Below are positions 62,217 to 64,000 of a stretch of DNA of 64,000 bases, piece after piece (position 1 is the first letter of the stretch; every line of letters starts with the position of its first letter). The stretch lies in assembly GCA_963805925.1 (NCBI GenBank), contig CAWDWB010000007.1, positions 485,261-549,260 of the forward strand, written 5' to 3'. Below the pieces are notes generated by a model that was not told where the DNA came from, made no database searches, and saw only the letters and a program-made list of their open reading frames with translations. This DNA comes from an uncultured Acidobacteriota bacterium (lineage in GTDB: Bacteria > Acidobacteriota > Terriglobia > Bryobacterales > UBA6623). The position numbers and the translations under genes were made by a program.

Positions 62217-62666
62217 GTGAACGGGTCTACCGCCAATTCCTGGCATCAGGTCGCACCGCAGGTTGTACGCGAAGTATTCGATGACGAGGTGATCGTCATC
62301 AATATGGAATCCGGCAATTACTTCAGCCTCAACAACACGGGAGCGTTCGTCTGGACTCTTGTTGAGGCCGGTTACGCGGCAGACGGCATCGCTGGCCGAA
62401 TGCGTGACGAATTCGAAGGCGCCGACGCATCCGCGGTCTCAAGCGTGAATGAGCTCCTCGAGCAATTGCTGAAGGAAGGGCTGATTGAGCTCGGAACCGG
62501 GCCCGCTCCTGCTCCATCCCATGTGGCGAGTCCGGCTGCCAAGGGGCCTTTTGAGAAGCCGACGCTGGCGGTCTACACGGACATGCAAGAATTGCTGCTG
62601 CTTGATCCGATTCACGATGTTGACGAAACGGGATGGCCGCAACGTCAAGATGAACCAAAGGCCTAG
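62217..62666 (+). CDS. PqqD-family RiPP recognition element (RRE) with C-terminal peptide extension
   Basis: DEVIVINMESGNYFSLNNTGAFVW...LEQLLKEGLI; Pro/Ala linker; FEKPTLAVYTDMQELLLLDPIHDVDETGWP; GAGGAGG RBS, GTG start. Confidence 0.85.
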   Translation: MNGSTANSWHQVAPQVVREVFDDEVIVINMESGNYFSLNNTGAFVWTLVEAGYAADGIAGRMRDEFEGADASAVSSVNELLEQLLKEGLIELGTGPAPAPSHVASPAAKGPFEKPTLAVYTDMQELLLLDPIHDVDETGWPQRQDEPKA

Positions 62667-63729
62667 CGTCATGCATGACCAGGCGTCTCACCCGGCACGT
62701 GAGTTCGCCCAACAGGCCCAAGTCGTGTTCGGTAAGGCGGCCCGCCGGGCCGGTATAGTTGAGCGGTTCTACAAGATTGCTGGCCAGAAAATTGCGCTGC
62801 GGTTCGCAGGCGAAGCGCTCATTCCGATACTGACCCCTGCTCTCGATCATCTACGATGCCCGCGTTTCGATGACCCTGATCTCAAAGTGTCTCTGTTTGA
62901 CTCCGAGACGACGCAGGTTGTCATGCCGCCGCCGCCCTGGGGGCAAGATTCGTACGGCCCCAACGGGCAGATCGCCGGTTTCAACACCTACGATATTCAG
63001 ACGGTTTACAACGTCGGTACGAGCATCCTGAACGTCATCGACCACGCTGAGAACTCCGCCCTGTTCTGGGTTCGCCGACCGGGTTCGACGCCCTACTGGG
63101 AAACGGCGGCACCTCTGCGAACGATCCTGCACTGGTCGATGCGCGATCGATCCACCCAACTGGTCCACGGCGCGGCCGTCGGTTATGAGACCGGCGGCGT
63201 CTTGATCGCGGCAAGGGGCGGAAGCGGCAAGTCCACTTCTACGCTGAGTTGCCTGGGATCGGATCTGCTGTTTGCCGGGGACGACTATGTGGCCGTTGAC
63301 GACGCCGAGATTCCGTTCGCGCATAGTCTGTTTCAGACCGCGAAATTGAACAAAGACAATCTCTCTCGCATCAGCCACCTCGGTCTCACTCCGGTGAATT
63401 CGGGCCGGCTAAGCGAGGAAGATAAGGCCGTCTTCTTTCCGGGCTCGGTCTACCCGGACAACATCAGTCGAGGGTTTCCGCTCCGCTGCATTTTGATTCC
63501 CCGCGTAACCGGGCGGCCTGACACGTCGATTCGGCCAACCAAGCAGGCCGAAGCCCTACTCAGTCTTGCCCCAACTACCTTGTGTCAATTGCCCGGTTCG
63601 AGCTCTGACTCATTCGATAAGATGCGCTCTTTGACGCGAAAACTGCCCGCATACAGACTGGAGGCCGGATTGGACGTAACCCAGATCCCGCGCGTCATCG
63701 GCAATTTCCTACGGAGTGAGTTCGCATGA
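62650..63729 (+). CDS. HPr-kinase-like P-loop (serine) kinase
   Basis: VHGAAV, Walker A ARGGSGKST, FAGDDYV; overlaps the RRE stop; alternative start 62671. Confidence 0.8.
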   Translation: MNQRPSVMHDQASHPAREFAQQAQVVFGKAARRAGIVERFYKIAGQKIALRFAGEALIPILTPALDHLRCPRFDDPDLKVSLFDSETTQVVMPPPPWGQDSYGPNGQIAGFNTYDIQTVYNVGTSILNVIDHAENSALFWVRRPGSTPYWETAAPLRTILHWSMRDRSTQLVHGAAVGYETGGVLIAARGGSGKSTSTLSCLGSDLLFAGDDYVAVDDAEIPFAHSLFQTAKLNKDNLSRISHLGLTPVNSGRLSEEDKAVFFPGSVYPDNISRGFPLRCILIPRVTGRPDTSIRPTKQAEALLSLAPTTLCQLPGSSSDSFDKMRSLTRKLPAYRLEAGLDVTQIPRVIGNFLRSEFA

Positions 63730-63815
63730 AACTCGAAGTCACGATCATCCGGCGGGCCGTCAGTACGGAGGCCCAGAACTTGCGTGGCCGATTGAGCCTC
63801 GAGGAGTCGGCATGA
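63726..63815 (+). other. 29-aa micro-ORF MKLEVTIIRRAVSTEAQNLRGRLSLEESA with ATGA overlaps at both ends
   Basis: Its ATG overlaps the kinase TGA; its TGA overlaps the GT2 ATG. Confidence 0.45.
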
Positions 63816-64000
63816 GTGAACCCGCCAATCCTCTAGTCAGCGTAATCCTGCCCGTGCACAACGGCGCACGTTACGTCGCCGAGGCGATCCAGAGCGTACT
63901 CGATCAGGAGTATCAGCCGCTCGAGTGCATTGTGGTCGACGATGGCTCAACCGACGCGAGTGCGGACATTGTTGCGAGATATCCGGTGCAGTATATCCGT
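63812..64000 (+). CDS. GT2 glycosyltransferase (partial, runs off the window)
   Basis: MSEPANPLVSVILPVHNGARYVAEAIQSVLDQ...IVVDDGSTD; GAGGAG RBS. Confidence 0.9.
   Translation, partial: MSEPANPLVSVILPVHNGARYVAEAIQSVLDQEYQPLECIVVDDGSTDASADIVARYPVQYIR

Noticed and set aside
62217-62666. PQQ biosynthesis gene pqqD
   Set aside because: No pqqA/B/C/E nearby; the kinase and GT context and the peptide tail point to a different RRE use.

Overview
GC-rich chromosomal window from what is very likely an Acidobacteriota genome (Bryobacterales/Solibacter-like). The evidence is the acidobacterial PadR + duplicated-orphan-permease (ADOP) loci, an Oar-like TonB-dependent receptor and a TIGR03437-type C-terminal domain. 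Housekeeping genes (phrB, lysA, trxB, mnmE, dcd, ino1, glpD, pyrD) are mixed with transport and envelope genes and hypotheticals. Many genes carry frameshifts, concentrated in paralog-rich families, which suggests long-read or MAG consensus errors plus some true decay. The most interesting signal is at the right end: a PqqD/RRE domain fused to a lasso-leader-like peptide, coupled to an HPr-kinase-like enzyme, a doubly overlapping 29-codon micro-ORF and a GT2 glycosyltransferase. This is a candidate uncharacterised RiPP-like system that runs off the window. Other highlights are three intact ORFs with lost catalytic residues (a DeoC with an encapsulation-peptide-like N-terminus, a PafA-type phosphatase and a nucleoside-hydrolase-like protein), a single-chain TamB-Omp85 fusion, an ATPase-less metal uptake operon, PadR operator palindromes, internally deleted ADOP genes and a highly structured leader before the TonB receptor. 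No rRNA, tRNA, CRISPR array or IS element was recognised. All family assignments are by eye from motifs; no searches were run.
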